From Perkinsus chesapeaki ATCC PRA-425 (taxonomy: Eukaryota > Protista > Perkinsozoa): 43,787 bases of DNA. The notes under the pieces are model-generated. The model did not search any database, was not told the DNA's origin, and was given only the letters and a program-made list of their open reading frames with translations. Position numbers and translations under genes: made by a program. Where the stretch lies: contig JAAPAO010000279.1 of assembly GCA_013115145.1 (NCBI GenBank), positions 1 to 43,787 on the forward strand. Reading direction: 5' to 3'. Of the stretch, positions 24,651-38,200 are shown piece by piece. Numbering within the stretch: position 1 is the stretch's first letter; each line of letters begins with the position of its first letter.

Positions 24651-27600
24651 TTACGCGCTTCCGTCGATTCCGTGAGATTCTGTCTTGTCGTTCTTTTTCC
24701 AGCTGTTTCCTTGCTTCACTTCGCAAATCTGATTGCGACACCACTCCTTAGTTATGCAATTTCGGGTATTGCCTTTCTGGTGTATCTTTCGTGCTTCCTT
24801 TAAATGTGTTATTAACTCGGTCAGAGTCATCAGTCTGCAACTACTATCAGTCAGATCTGATGCTGTATCTCGCTTGTTGGATGTCATAATCGGTGACTTC
24901 GTTTTCCTTCCCCTCATAGCCAACACAACAATACACTGACGACAACAACGCGTCACTTCAACTGGTACATGCAGCCACACTGTCGATGCATTCCTTAACC
25001 AACTCCGAGGCGAACACGTCATATTCTTCAAGCTGTGAAATCTGAGATGAGCTCCACATTGGTAGTTGTTCATTAGCTTCCTCTGGACTTCAGTTCACCA
25101 ATCAGAATTCCAATAGTCAACACTTCCATATGAAATATCTCTCAACCCTGCCAGCTAGGGCCGCTGCAGGGTGCCAGTCGGAATCCACTTGTGCGGGTTT
25201 GTAGAAGAACAGTCCCCGTCGAGTCGGCTTTTCATAAGCGCCGGGATATATTCATATACTTACTGAAGCCGTGGTGGAACCCAAGAGAAAGTTCCTCGGA
25301 GAAATATCAAATGAAACTCATTCGATTTTTGTGCAGAGGGGCGGTCAAGCGATGATAATAGTCTAACGTTGATGCTTACCGTGATGTTAGAAAGTGTGGA
25401 CGGTAGAGGCAGGCCAGACTGTTGGATAACAGTCTCCCACTGCCGCACGCTCAAACGCTGCACTTTCTCTATAACGCTGCAGTTTCGCTTATACCAGACC
25501 TGGCACACATGAGTGGCCCCAAGCAGGCGCTCCTTTAAATTGCCTCTAGGATATCATCTACCAAAGCTTCATAAAGCAATCGATGCCCCTCAGTAAGTCG
25601 GCTACCGGCAGATACCGATGGCCCTCGAGATATAAGAGAGCCTAAGAGGATGACTTGATCGAACCTGACGATTTAAGATCCCCACCGTTGGAGCCTTCAA
25701 GGACGCTCGTAGCGACCTTCGAGCGTTCCATGGCAGCTTGCTTCATAGCAGCCACGTCACAGACATCAACTCGTTGATCTCTCCATGTAGCCAGCTGCCG
25801 ACTCCAAAGCAAAATCTGGCAGAGGTGTGGGGAGAGCCGAAGGGTGACCGAGCCTACCTCAGTCCACACTTTCTCGGCCTCCGTACAGAGTTTTTCTAAA
25901 GTGGGAATCTGAGGATTGAAAACAGTTCAGGCCAGTAGTGCAGCTCAGCCTGCCTGTGTGAATGTTAGCTGGTTGTCAGATGTGAGAACCGAGGGACCTC
26001 CAGCGTGCGCCTGACAAGAACATTTCCAGCAATGATCAATTTTTTTCGGTTTTTGAATCAGAAAACGCGGAAGTACGTCGACGAGGCGGGTATTCTCAAT
26101 AGACCATTTCATCTGCCGAGTAAGCTTCCCAGTCGCGGTCTTGATCTTGGTAAGTTGCGCAAGGACCTGCGGAATATCGATTAGCACTGTAAGACAGAAA
26201 TTAACGTTAATATTTGCTCAATGAAATTCGGAAATGTCGGACCCGAACCAGTGATTAAATTCAAAGAAGAATCCTTTATCTTTAATCATTCCAAGCCCTT
26301 CTTCATTGCGGAGTCTCATCGACCTATATTCGGAGACAGCGTTGTGCAACCAGGTTTTCGGAGTTGTGTGCGCAGATCCAGAAGCATCAGCGACTGACAT
26401 AATGAGATGATAAATTAATATTTCCAACGTTAACGGAGGAGTCGTCGAGGGAGTGCTGCTTATCTGATGCTGAGACGGCCACCAGTAGTAGTTGATTTCA
26501 GTGCTCCTAGGGGGATGAGCAAATCCCAAGAGAGGTTACTTTGGCAAAAAGAAGACTGTCTCCTGTACGATTGATTGGAGTTCTATTAAAGGCGGCATGA
26601 AAGCACTTTTACTTCATCTGCAGAGGACCAACCGTTCTCTCCTATCAACATGAATTCACCGTCTGCATCCAGCAGATTTGATGCCATATTCTTGGCAGAT
26701 TCCTCTAGGCCTTCCACGAAGTTATCTGAAATGTAAACTATACCATAACGTTCTCCTCATCAACTACCCCACATTATAGATCACAGCTATTCGGTTACAT
26801 GCTTTCAGACGACACTTAGCGACCCTCACTGGGATGATAATATCGACTCAATTCGTGACGGAGTTTCGAGTCCAAGGCCAGAACACGGTAGCAAGGTCCC
26901 ACGGGAGTATTATATAGCTTCCTAATGGGGTTCTATAGGCCAACGACGCATCACTCAGTAACCAGATGCTCATCTCATAAGATATTTCGCATTAATACAG
27001 GCTATCTCGGATACACGACAGCAGACTTACGCATCTCTTCTATCATGGCACGCTTCTTTGATTTGGTGAATTCGCAGGCGGCCACTAACTTTTTATTCAT
27101 ACAATCGTCAGACAACACAACCAAGTTCTCCAGGGCGACGGTGTCATCAACAGACAGCTTTATCTTATACCTGTGAAAGTTACACAGTGAAGGGCATAAT
27201 CAACAATAAATCCATAAGTACTCATATCACTGCAGCCTTTCCCGGTCATGCCTCCGACTTAATGCGCGCAAGTAGGAAATAGATTTACAGTACTGCTGTA
27301 TAATATAGTAGTTTGTTATCGTTTTTAAAGACCCAAAGGGCACCCATGGACCTCGCTGTAATCAACACGCTTCCAGTGCTTTAGCGAACTATTGCGGACT
27401 TCCCCATGGGCGGCGATCAAGTGCGTACATTTCATCAAGTCTGGTAATTATCAAATAGAGTCTTACTGTTTGGCCACCATTTGCAGCTCCTCCACAAGAG
27501 ATCTATCCACCTCCAGTTCAGAGAGATCCGTCTTTTTTAGTCCAGCAACCATACTAACATACCTAGCTTGAGATTCTTACCAACATTCGCCCTTTTGTGG

Positions 27601-30600
27601 TTACCCTATAAACTGCTCAAGCTTCGTCGGCCTCTGGTCCAATTCATGATTGAAGCTCTCATACCGCAAGCACGCTGCAGAGCATCTCTCCCTCAATAAT
27701 GCTAGTAGCAGCTCCTTCATAGTAGATAAACCTCGTTGAGGTATCGGAGTTAATAACTGCTTAATTGCGCGCCCTTCGACTGAAAGGACGCCAACTGTTT
27801 GAACCTACAAACCTGCTGTTGCCCCGCCGGAAGGCTGATGCCAGCGTACTGGCTTAAGCCTGTCTATTTTATAGCTGAACTCGGTCATCAGAGCCATCTC
27901 TCGTTGGAGCGCCGCAGCATCGACCGATTTACCTGTCACCGCGCACCTCACGGAGAGTCCAACAAACGCCCCTTCGAGCTAGAAAACCCCAAGCCTTTCA
28001 GATTAAACAGGTGCTTTCGTCAAAATAGTAAAGAGAGACCACATCGAGTTCGGGAGCTTCCAATACCAATTTATATTTGTTTGCCATCTTAAAAACCGCA
28101 TGTTAATCGAGGCCTTGTTTGAGAGCCTGCAACGCCAGGAAATTCTGAGGAACCTCCGATATATTTCAACATCTCTCAGCAGTATAGAGCGCACTTCCCA
28201 CTGTGAGATAGGCCGGCAGATATTTCAAAACCACGGTGGTGAAGCTGTTGGCGAAGCGATATCATCTTTGTCATCCCAAAGCGGCTGGAGCTGACGTCCA
28301 GCTCCATTCAAGACTGCTGCACTTCTTCGTGCATCTCGTCGCTTGGGATCCCGCAATTCCCTCACAATTTTCTCACTCCCTCATCCTCCTTCATCCGGAT
28401 CAACGGTACACGGAAAACAGATTTCCAGTTTACCTTCTTCGTTCGTTGCCTTCATTTTAGCAATAAACTCTTCCTCGTTCCAGGCCTGCCCATACCTAAT
28501 TTTCTCCAACTCTTCCCGTCACCCCCCCCACGGCAACTTACTCGTAGATTCTTCTATACTCCACAAACTGCTGCTCCGCCAACTGAGCCGCCTCGGCGAA
28601 GTCCTTCGCCAACTTGTCAAAAATCGCTGACGATGCTAGAATGAATCTGCCCCACAATTCTGCCGGACTCTTGCAGCTCTTCCTTACCTCCGATCGTTCA
28701 AAACCGCCTCTTCGACCGTGCGAGCGTCTTCCTCATTGTCATCACCTGGGCGGGCAAGATGACTCTGATTGGCAAAAATAGGGCTTACGTTCGCCAGAGG
28801 CCTTCAAGAACTTCCTGACACGATTTCTATTGTAAAGCACGAAGCTATCATAAGGTTGGCTAATAACCGAAAGTGTCTCGTGCAGTAGTTTCTCGAAGCC
28901 CTGGTGAAATTCATCGAGGGAAGGAGCCTGATTCAAGCGGTATCATTACGGCATGGTTATAATGAGTAATACCATGACAACTGTCGGGCGGAGCGATGCT
29001 GAGCTGTGTGTGCCCGAATCAACGAAGCTGACGGCGACAGACAGAAGCTTAGGATACTTCAGCAGGCCATTGAGGAAACAGTGAACCGAACCAACTGCCA
29101 GCTCGGTCAAGGCCTGAGGATGTGCACAGCTCGAAGAGATCCAATTGTGGCCTATCAAAAAAACATCTCCGGAAAGTGAAGATGCTCACGAAAAGTTAAT
29201 CCTAGTAAGTTAAACCAAATCCCTAAAAGTAAACTACTATGTGAAATCGCGTTCAATCCCGACGCCTCCCGCTGTATCTGCGATATCCTAATATACAACT
29301 TCGTTATCTTATATCTACTATTTTTCCGATTTCGAAGCTGCGAGCCTGGTGGTCTACCTTCACACCTTTCCGGGATTTCTACGGCAATTTCAAGAGGAAA
29401 TGAATAGGCATTCGAGTAAGCAATAATAAGCGGCTGAATGCACTTACTGAATGGCACAGTGTGTGAGCCAATCGAAGGAAGCACGGTAACATTCGAACAG
29501 CCTTCATGGCAAGGTCTCGGCCAAGCTCTCTCTCCTCTGAGGGCAAAGTGGCCCGTTTTTCAATACCAGACAACCTACTTTGCCGCGCCCTTTCTAGCGC
29601 CAATCCTCTCGATGATGCCCACCAAGCCTCTTCCACCTTCAGCTTGTCGCACTCGAACCCTGCGAAAATATTTCCAAACTCTTAAGTCGAAACTTACTCC
29701 TGTCTGAAGCATCAGTGGCGGTTGCCGTGAAGGTACTATATATACAGTAGGCAATCTCATCCATTCTGATTCGGTCATAAAAATCCTCGGCGGAGCGAAG
29801 CCCACCTGTTTTCAAGCTCCCGTACCGCTCCTCCCCCAAATCCGGGAGATGTGTCGCATCCACCATCTGAAAAGATAGCTCAAAAATCTCTCGGGCCAGG
29901 AGGGTTATTCCTGGCACGCCTCGGAGTCCCAACATTCTCAGACCACCTCAACCAGTGGAACGCGCCCTGGCAACGTAGGGCTACAATATCGTTGGATATT
30001 CTAACATGCCTTCACGTACGTTCATACTAACTTACTTTTACTCTCATCAGGTCTCTTTTTTCGTACCGCACTCGAACCCTCGCGTACCTGCCATATTTCT
30101 GAGATCGCCGCCCCCTGATAAACATTTACTGTTTGCTGATATGACATAAATGTCCCCAAATCGTGACAGTTGTCGGTATCGATAGAAAAGATCTGAACTC
30201 CACCGAGGTCTTCTATAAGCGATTTTATCTGACAAGCGTGAATCGTAGTGAGCAGGCATCCGTCGCGGGAACTTTATTAAAAAGTTCAAGACGGCAGGTC
30301 AGGTGCTTCATGAAAACGAACGAGGAATAGTGAAGCGTCATATGCTTAATCTGCCTTCGGATTTCTTATGCAGTCATTTCTTGAGCTTCTTATCGGTCGT
30401 CATCTACTACGGTACGTAAGCGCGTTCGGGATTCCTATATGGATAGATGCGGGTTTCGGGTTTTGGGTTTCGGGTTTTCGCGTTTTGCAAGATCATCTAT
30501 AGCCATTTGGATGATATAGTTTTTGTGACAGTTACCAACATATCAAAACCAGCTATGAGAAATTGGAGCATCGACCCCTGGATAGTGAACCTAATGTGAC

Positions 30601-33354
30601 CTACGCCACCACTGACTTCGAAGAAGACACGCAAGTCCACGTCGTGTCAGTCAATAGCAACCTCCAATCCAAATGCACCGGCTAAAGCACTTAGTCAATT
30701 GCAAAACTTACTTTAGTCAAAGGAGCAGCGAATCTCTCCTGCACCAGGAGGAGTCTTGGAGCCAGACGAGACCGCACGTTACGGAATCGACTACGCCGGG
30801 CCTGAAATTGCACTCATCACTAGCTGGGAATTCATTTGAAGGGAAAAATTTCATTTCCCTCTTTAGGCTGATTAGCGGTACATTTCGAATGTAACCGACC
30901 CGCTCTCTGAGACTGAGTAATCGATCACGTGATCGATTTGAATACTATTCGCTATTCTCTCACATTAGCTCGCCATCTATTAATTATCTTTCTCTCGGTG
31001 AAGTGCTTGAAGACCGACATACTCTGCAAAATCTGAAAGATATACAATTAACTGCAGGAGAGGTGGAGATGAAGAACTACTCGAAAACGCATAGACTCCT
31101 TCATCCACGCCGAAAGTGACATATGCTCGGACGGCTCGCCGGGATTGAACCGAACCTAAAGATTCCGGGATCGAAGAGAAGGAGATTAACATTGTTAGAG
31201 ACATAAAAATAGAACAAAATCGGGTTTGGGGAGGAGGTGGCTTATAAACGGTAGAGCATAGTAACAATGCGAAGTGAATCGTGAATGACTGGCTGCATGG
31301 CTGCTGCTGCTGCTGTTGATACTTCAAGCGTAGATCCTCAGCTAGCAACGCATATTCAGCAATGCTATATGTAACACTACAACAGATGACACTATTATCT
31401 CATAAACTGCCGCTGCTTATATTTCGACTATTTCGAAACTTACTATTCCACTGCAAGATATGGTATAATAAGTCCTATCCAGCTTATCAGGACTTGTAAC
31501 AACTAGATCATAGGGGTTAAATTGATTAGGCGATTCCGTCGGCTTATGATTGAGGTACCTAAGATACACTAATCATCGTATTTAACCGCCAGCTCATTCT
31601 GAATTCCAAAGACAACAATTTTCATCAATTAAAAGTATACTATCATCATACTATTACTAATCATGATTCTAGTACTTGATAATCGGAGCACCTCAGAGCA
31701 TCTCTAAGTGTTTTTATATAGCATCACAAAAATCACGCCAAGGGCTGTCGAATGGCACCCTTCGAATATGTTGATAGCTGAGGTCCTATGAATCTATCAG
31801 TGCCGAGTTCCGGTGACGACAGAGGTAGGGCGCCCTACTGTCAATGAAATCACCTCGAGCTTCACCCAGAAGATATTATGTTCGAAACACTGATTGCTCC
31901 TCCACCTGCTGAGACGTAACAGAGAACTCAAAATTTTACCGATTCTTTTCTCGGATTTTTCTCGCCAACTTACGTCGGCGAGCTCAAGCATGCATTCAGA
32001 ACTGCCACACGAGCGTATCGCCGTGAGGTCGTGGATTTGCGCCATTCAAGGCAGGCAAGCAATAAATCTTTGAAGGCTTTCATTGTGCATGCTTTGCTGC
32101 TGACGATGCGGCAATGAACGTTACTCACATAAACTTAACGTTTGTATCGCTTCCAACGGCTCCAAAGAATGCTATAGCATTTTCCACGGTCTTGATGCTA
32201 CTATTCGCCACACCATCAACGGTGGTCACACCTGAGGTGTGTGAATGAAGCAGATGAATGAGCGGCATTTACCGTGACTAGATCTTGAACTTTGAGGGGC
32301 TCCAAGAATACGATCCAGTTGATCAACCGCCGAGCTGCTACCAACATACCTAGACACATACAATAACAAATTATCACACAAAAAGGGACAGTTGCAAGCA
32401 CCCACCGAATCCTAACAAAACATGCTTTACCGGAACTTGGTCCTTGAAATTTCCCGAAACCATCTTGGTCTGCGGAGCAATGTGTCAACGGCCGATTTCC
32501 CCCCATAAACGTGAAGCGCGCTTGATTATACTTGCATACCAATCTATAGCTATAAGTTATTTCCAATTTCCGTCTTACAGTTTCTTAATGTAATTGATAT
32601 GCTTTGGTAACCGACGAGACACGATGCCTTCGCTTGGGGTATTTTTACCAGATAATTTCTGAAAGGTAACGAGTGCGGGAATGTCAGTGTTGATGAAGAT
32701 GATGACGACCACTTACATTTTCATCTTGCTCTATGACGACATTTCTGCCACCCGAGAGTTTCGATGGCCGTCCCTGAGGGAATAATATATAAATGTAATG
32801 AGGAGGAGGAGGAGGTGGCATGAGAATAATATATAAATGTAATGAGGAGGAGGTGGTGGCATGAGAATAATATATAAATGTAATGAGGAGGAGGAGGAGG
32901 AGGCATGAGAATAATATATAAATGTAATGAGGAGGAGGAGGTGGCATGAGAATAACATATAAATGTAATGAGGAGGAGGAGGTGGCATGAGAATAATATA
33001 TAAATGTAATGAGGAGGAGGTGGCATGAGAATAATAGATAAATGTAACACACCAACATCGTCGAGAATTCCTCTTACTGGCAGGTGTCCAATACGTTCTC
33101 TCCCCAGAGGCATCAATGCACTCCCTACAGTAGTAGTATCATTTCGTCGGTCGATACCTAACAAAATCATCATTCCGGCGCATACTGCTGCCCTCTACCA
33201 AAAAGCCTGGCGGACCTCTTCTCCCTCGGGGACAAAATTTGGACATGCTTTTCTTTGGCGGGTGAATCTGATTGAAAAATAGGAAAAACCTTGGAAATCA
33301 CTCACTACTAATTGGTGACCTAATTGACGATTTTTTCCGAGGTGTAGTAGACAT
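24651..33354 (-). CDS. Dynein heavy chain N-terminal tail/stem plus linker (single-headed inner-arm, DNAH6-like); many exons, no AAA motor seen, both ends approximate
   Basis: Collinear DHC-tail-like peptides: IKTVENAIAFFGAVGSDTNVKFI (32129-32231); EHMSLSAWMKESMRFR|ILQSMSVFKHFTERKIINRWRAN|ARRSRFRNVRSRLAPRLLLVQERFAAPLTK (phase-0 exons 31081-31155, 30964-31032, 30712-30801); RMLPCFLRLAHTL (~29480); PSLDEFHQGFEKLL (~28900); EYRRIYE|YGQAWNEEEF (~28500); KIDRLKPV|VQTVGVLSVEGRAIKQLLTPIP (~27800); YKIKLSVDDTVALENL (~27150); LHYWPELFSIL (~25930); LMTLTELITHLKEARKI (~24810). Homology judged from memory. Confidence 0.7.
30450..30486. repeat. Short telomere-like (GGGTTTC/GGGTTTT) microsatellite
   Basis: gcgggtttcgggttttgggtttcgggttttcgcgtttt. 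Confidence 0.4.
32780..33047. repeat. Minisatellite/VNTR, ~6.5 units of ~38-44 bp with a variable (GAG)n core, intronic
   Basis: Unit gagaataatatataaatgtaat(gag)n-gtggcat. The flanking AG acceptor (32774) and GT donor (33050 or ~33078) keep the surrounding minus-strand frame. Confidence 0.9.
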
Positions 33355-33363
33355 GAAAGTCAC

Positions 33364-36300
33364 CTACACAGACGGGGACAGCTCTCGACAAGGCAACACA
33401 AAACCAAAAGTTTCAGACACCAGCGCTTTTAATGACAGCCATTTGGTAGCGTTCATCGTGGGTTGAGAACTAGCCCACTTTTTGAATACCAGCTTAACCT
33501 AGGATTGCGCACCTGAAAGATTCGCTGGCATACCACCAGATCGCGGCCCAAAAAGATACCTTTGTGGTCAAAGAAAGCTCATGCAGCTTGGGATGACTAC
33601 TGGCAGGCTGAATGCAACCGAAGTATCTGAAAACCGTTTCGCCGGAAGGTGCGAAAAAAGCTCAATTAGCGACACTACGGAAAAAAGTTTTTACCGAAAA
33701 ATAATTCGTTCGATGACCAGGGAAGAATTTCCCGATGAAAAGGCCAGTGCTACCGTCAAAGTGTTATCAATAATAAAAAGGATTCATCTAGAGAACGACA
33801 GAGAACCATCTAATGTTGAAACCTACTGGGGGTGCGAGTAATGTTCATCGGCCCACAACATATATCCTATCAAACTCCTTCCTGACTCAGGAATCCTGAG
33901 CCATGAGACGCGTCTTACGTTGGCTGTAGTCTAATCGGCATGCTCTCGACTTTCGCCCTTATCGACGGCCAGTCCAATCCAGACGGCACAGAGTGGTGAC
34001 GAGACATGCCAAGCTGATGGAAATGATACCTAAGGCCGGCGCTGCTGCTGTGAGCGTCACTGCGCCACGAAACTCACCGTTCAACAAGATTCCTTCTTTC
34101 GAGGACTTGCGGTGGGCAAGCGGTCATATCATCATAAGACGTTCGAAGCCGTCGAGTGCGATAGCGATGGTACCTGAGAAATCTTCAGGTTGAGCGCGCA
34201 TGATACACAATAGCTCAACTCGAGACTTACCATTCAGACTTGGATACCGGAGGATCTAGGCAAAGTACTCTCGGCATTATAAAATGAAAACTATCACGTG
34301 TAGTCCCTTACGCAGCGGCCATGAAGGCAACCCTCCCTATAAAATGGCCTCATGTGACATTACTGAGATGGGAGGATCGAGATGACGGAGCTGGTCGGAG
34401 ATCGATAACCGTCGATGAAATTCTGACTAATTTACGGGAACCTTATACGGTAAAGATCTCGAAAAAGCCGAATTTTCCGCCACCTTGCAGTGACATTCCA
34501 AACTCTCCGCCCAGAATGTTGCACTTAAAATATGCAAGTCGAATAGGCTAGTCGTAAGCTGTTCTCCAATGTCTCATTCGTGACCTTTTTTAACGAAGCT
34601 GCATGGATTTCCCAATGAAGTTTCTTAGGATCTTCAACAGTATTGGCCAACAGCTTGAAGAACTCCCCCTTTTCATTGACAACAAAATATCTTTTCTCTT
34701 CAAGTGTACCCTGTTAAATATTATGTCAGTGAACTTAAACTGTACAATGCAATCTAACTCTCAGTTATCGACGACAGTGCCTTCTCATCATCTAAGGCTG
34801 GTTCTGAAGAATACGGTATGGCCGCAGCCGAATTGGAATGCCCATTCAATCCATGAGTCTGTCTCAAGCTCCTTCTGTTCCTTAGTGACCCCCGACTCTC
34901 GTAGACTCGCGGCTCTTCTTCTGGCGGTCTCGGCGGCAGGTCAAAACCGTCCCGGTCGAGCGAGGCCAAATTCGGCGCTGAAACGATCGAGCGAAGGTTT
35001 GCATATTCCGGTTCCTCGCTCTCATCATCGGCAACTCGGTCCAAGAATGCTCCCTCCGAATCGTATAAATTCCGGCTCTGCTTGTGGTCGAGTTTATTCT
35101 TCCTCTCGGCATATTCGTGCCATTCCGCGTCTCGACGGGCTCTGGCATCTTCATACACCGCAATTTGGTTCTCGTCATCACCAGTAGCAACTATCTCGTT
35201 GTGGACAGGAGTAGCTTCCTTTTCAACCTCTCGCGAATCTTTCGCGAATGAACCTAAGATCGTCAGATACTTCACAACCACTCCTGACCCCTGATATTTC
35301 ACGATAAAAAGCGAAAAGTGACCAAACTGAAATTCGATACGCGTCATCAGATCCTCACAATTCCGCAATGCCGACGGTAGGAACTCCACAGTGCATTATA
35401 CGAATTCGAACGAGGCAAACAGAGCTCAATCAGTACAGGGTGGTGGCTAAATAACATTTTCAAACATGTGGCTAGCATCTACGATACTCAATCATCAGTG
35501 CCTGTCTAACGTAACATGCCCAATTAAACTGAAGCATTGGATTCTCAAGGAGATATGTGTCAACATGCGTTCGGCATATCCAATTTAAACACTCTTCTAA
35601 GAAATTTATAAGTACGTCGAGCTGCTTCGGACCTAAATGTTGCTCCTGCCCCCGACCCAACTGACATTCGTTCAAGGTCATCAACTTGCTACACGTCTGT
35701 CTCATCGGCCTCGAAGGATTATGTCTCGGAGCGGATTGTCGGTAACTCGCAATCTGTGATCGTTTAACAACGCCTATGTACATGCGTGCAGCTACATATC
35801 TCATACCGACTTTTTCTCACCTAATCCGTAGAAGGCCACCTTCATAAGTCTATTATGGTCCACAAAGTTGGATGTGAGTTTCTTATGATCTTGCATGATC
35901 TCCTCGAAGTCCATTGCGTCCAGCTCATTTTGGAATATCTTGAAAATTGCCACACCGACTCGAAACAGCACCTTCCAACCCTCGGTCTGAAAATGCAGAA
36001 AAAAAATCCGGAAATTTCGGATGCTAATCGTGATAATATTAACCCACCATGATCGGATCCCAAATCCGGAGGACTGTGTCAAAAGCAAAAACGGTTGAGT
36101 AAGCCGTTTGGAACCACTCCACGCCTGACAGAAGGAATCTCAAAATCTTCATAGTGCGAAACTGGCCGGAGTATCTTACAAATCCATGACATATCTTGGA
36201 CCCCGCACTCCTCCAAATGTTGATGAGCATCAGATGCCTTCTTGCTCGACAAACGATCAAATGCGTAACTGCCAAAAGATACAAAATAGGTCAAGTTGAA

Positions 36301-38200
36301 GACCCCCTACATATCAGTCAAAAGCGCCGCCATTCCAGGTTGATAGTATCCGCTGTTATGAAGGCCGCGGTCGGAGGTGATGAATTGCGAGAACAGCCAA
36401 AAAGTAGCTGAAAAAAACTGCACTGGCGGAATCGATCAAGCGATCGATTTTACTTTTTTCCTTTTCTCGATCAGAATCATCATCCGTCACTGCGCCACGA
36501 AATACAACCATCATCATCGTGGCGGCTATAAAGTTCATCCCTTGACAATATCCTATATCCGGATGAAATGCAGCAAAAGCCCATAAAACCTGAACGAAAA
36601 TAGAATCGATCACACGATCGATTTCATATTTCACCGACCCTTCAATATTTTCCGCTAAATTTTTCACCATCAAAAAGTAGTTCCGTTTCGCATTTTGTGT
36701 ACAATAATAACCTCTACCAGCTTCCCAATCGTCTTCAAGAATTTATCACTAAAATTTTTTCCTGCCGAAAAACGAAATGTTTTTCTGCTTCGCTCCGCCG
36801 CCGGTCGCTTACATTCCTCAATCTCTCCACAACCGCATCCTCTTGGAAGTCAGGGTGGTGCGGAAATGTCCTCCGCAGGTCAACTTCGATGACTCTACCA
36901 ATTTTACTTGGCAACTCTTTCTTTAATAATTCCTCATAAAAATCTTCGTCATGCTCCCCTCGGACTGAAGCGACCTAATAACCATAAAAACCTAATTACA
37001 AAACGAAAATTTTTCCCAAAATTTTACGGAATTTTTCCCGAAATTTTGCGGAAATTTTCCGGAAATTTTCCCGGAATTTTCCAGGATTTTCCCGGGAAAA
37101 CCTATTCTAATGCAGGGTCCTTCGGCCTTACTTCCAGCTCTTCACACCAAATCTCAACACGATGCTCATCCGGGAACCCTTTCCGGCCAAATTCCTTCAT
37201 ATCATCGGCTGGTATCTTCCCCACGGAGCCGTACCTAGTGAAATCATTGCTACCAAACTTCTCAGATCTTTCACCTCTTCAATGCGTTCTCGAACCGTGC
37301 TTCACGTCGAGCTCGTTTGGCCGCAAAGAAGTTCCTAAATAGGCAGTAATGTCCGTAATTAACCCTAATCCATCGATACTCTCATACCAACTTTTACTCT
37401 ATTATCTTATGCTACACCCCCCTCAAGACAGTGATATATTTCTCCCTTATTTCTTGCTTCATTTGCAAAACGTTTCACATCATATTGTCCAACTCAGCTG
37501 CTTGTCCGCCACCCAAATGAAAACAACAATCCTACTCCCAAAAACCGATTTTCCTTCTAATAAATTTACTAAACCTTTATCGAATCGGAGTTCGATAAAT
37601 AAAACGTTCAATTGCATCTCATCATCGCAGCTGCCGATTTCCAACAGACTTCCACAGTTCACTCTATCTTCTTACTAGATAGATAATTCATTCCAACATA
37701 CCAATAATAATAAAAAGCATCAATCCACCGGTGAAGCCTTTTAACATTACAGCTCTATTGGGACAGTGTATACGCAAAACTTGAGGTTGATAATATCAAC
37801 TTCATATGTTGCCTAGTTAAGAAGTTATACCGGTGACACCAAACACGCGCTTTGGATGACGAGTAGTTCACCTTCTCCCTAAGTAGGTAGAGAATATATT
37901 CCAACATGCCAATTATAATAAATATTATCATAATTATATATATTTATAATATATATAATACTAGTACTATATATACATATAATCATTCTTCTATATACCA
38001 TATCACTACTCCCTTTATTACTTCTCATAATCGTTCAGCCTTGCAGCCATCTCCTCATTATATTCGAACCCCCATCTGTCCCTATCACTCACTTCCGCAG
38101 CGCTTACCAAATCCGAGACTGTCACCCTCGGCTCATACCCGCTCGAGTTCACACTTACCGGAATGCACGACGGTACAAGACATGAAAACATGTAAACAAG
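33364..38200 (-). CDS. TBC-domain Rab GTPase-activating protein with a downstream PH-like segment; multi-exon, both ends approximate (TBC core ~35800-38160)
   Basis: DRDRWGFEY...YEK|NFFAAK...KGFPDEHRVEIW, IEVDLRRTFP (R-finger), YCQGMNFIAA (Q-finger), FWLF...YYQPGM, WF...TVLRIWD, EGWKVLFRVGVAIF. KRYFVVNEKGEFF at ~34690 is PH-like. Intron 37335-38021 is 687 nt. Confidence 0.8.
37020..37102. repeat. Low-complexity quasi-palindromic GGAAATTTTCC-type tandem repeat inside a TBC intron
   Basis: aattttacggaatttttcccgaaattttgcggaaattttccggaaattttcccggaattttccaggattttcccgggaaaa. Confidence 0.6.

Noticed and set aside
32780-33047. Possible CRISPR-like array
   Set aside because: Head-to-tail units without unique spacers, eukaryotic context, and no cas genes.
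32684-33173. Pro/Tyr/Ile-rich repetitive ORFs in three frames
   Set aside because: Translations of an intronic VNTR. They are open in all frames simply because that strand of the unit lacks stops.
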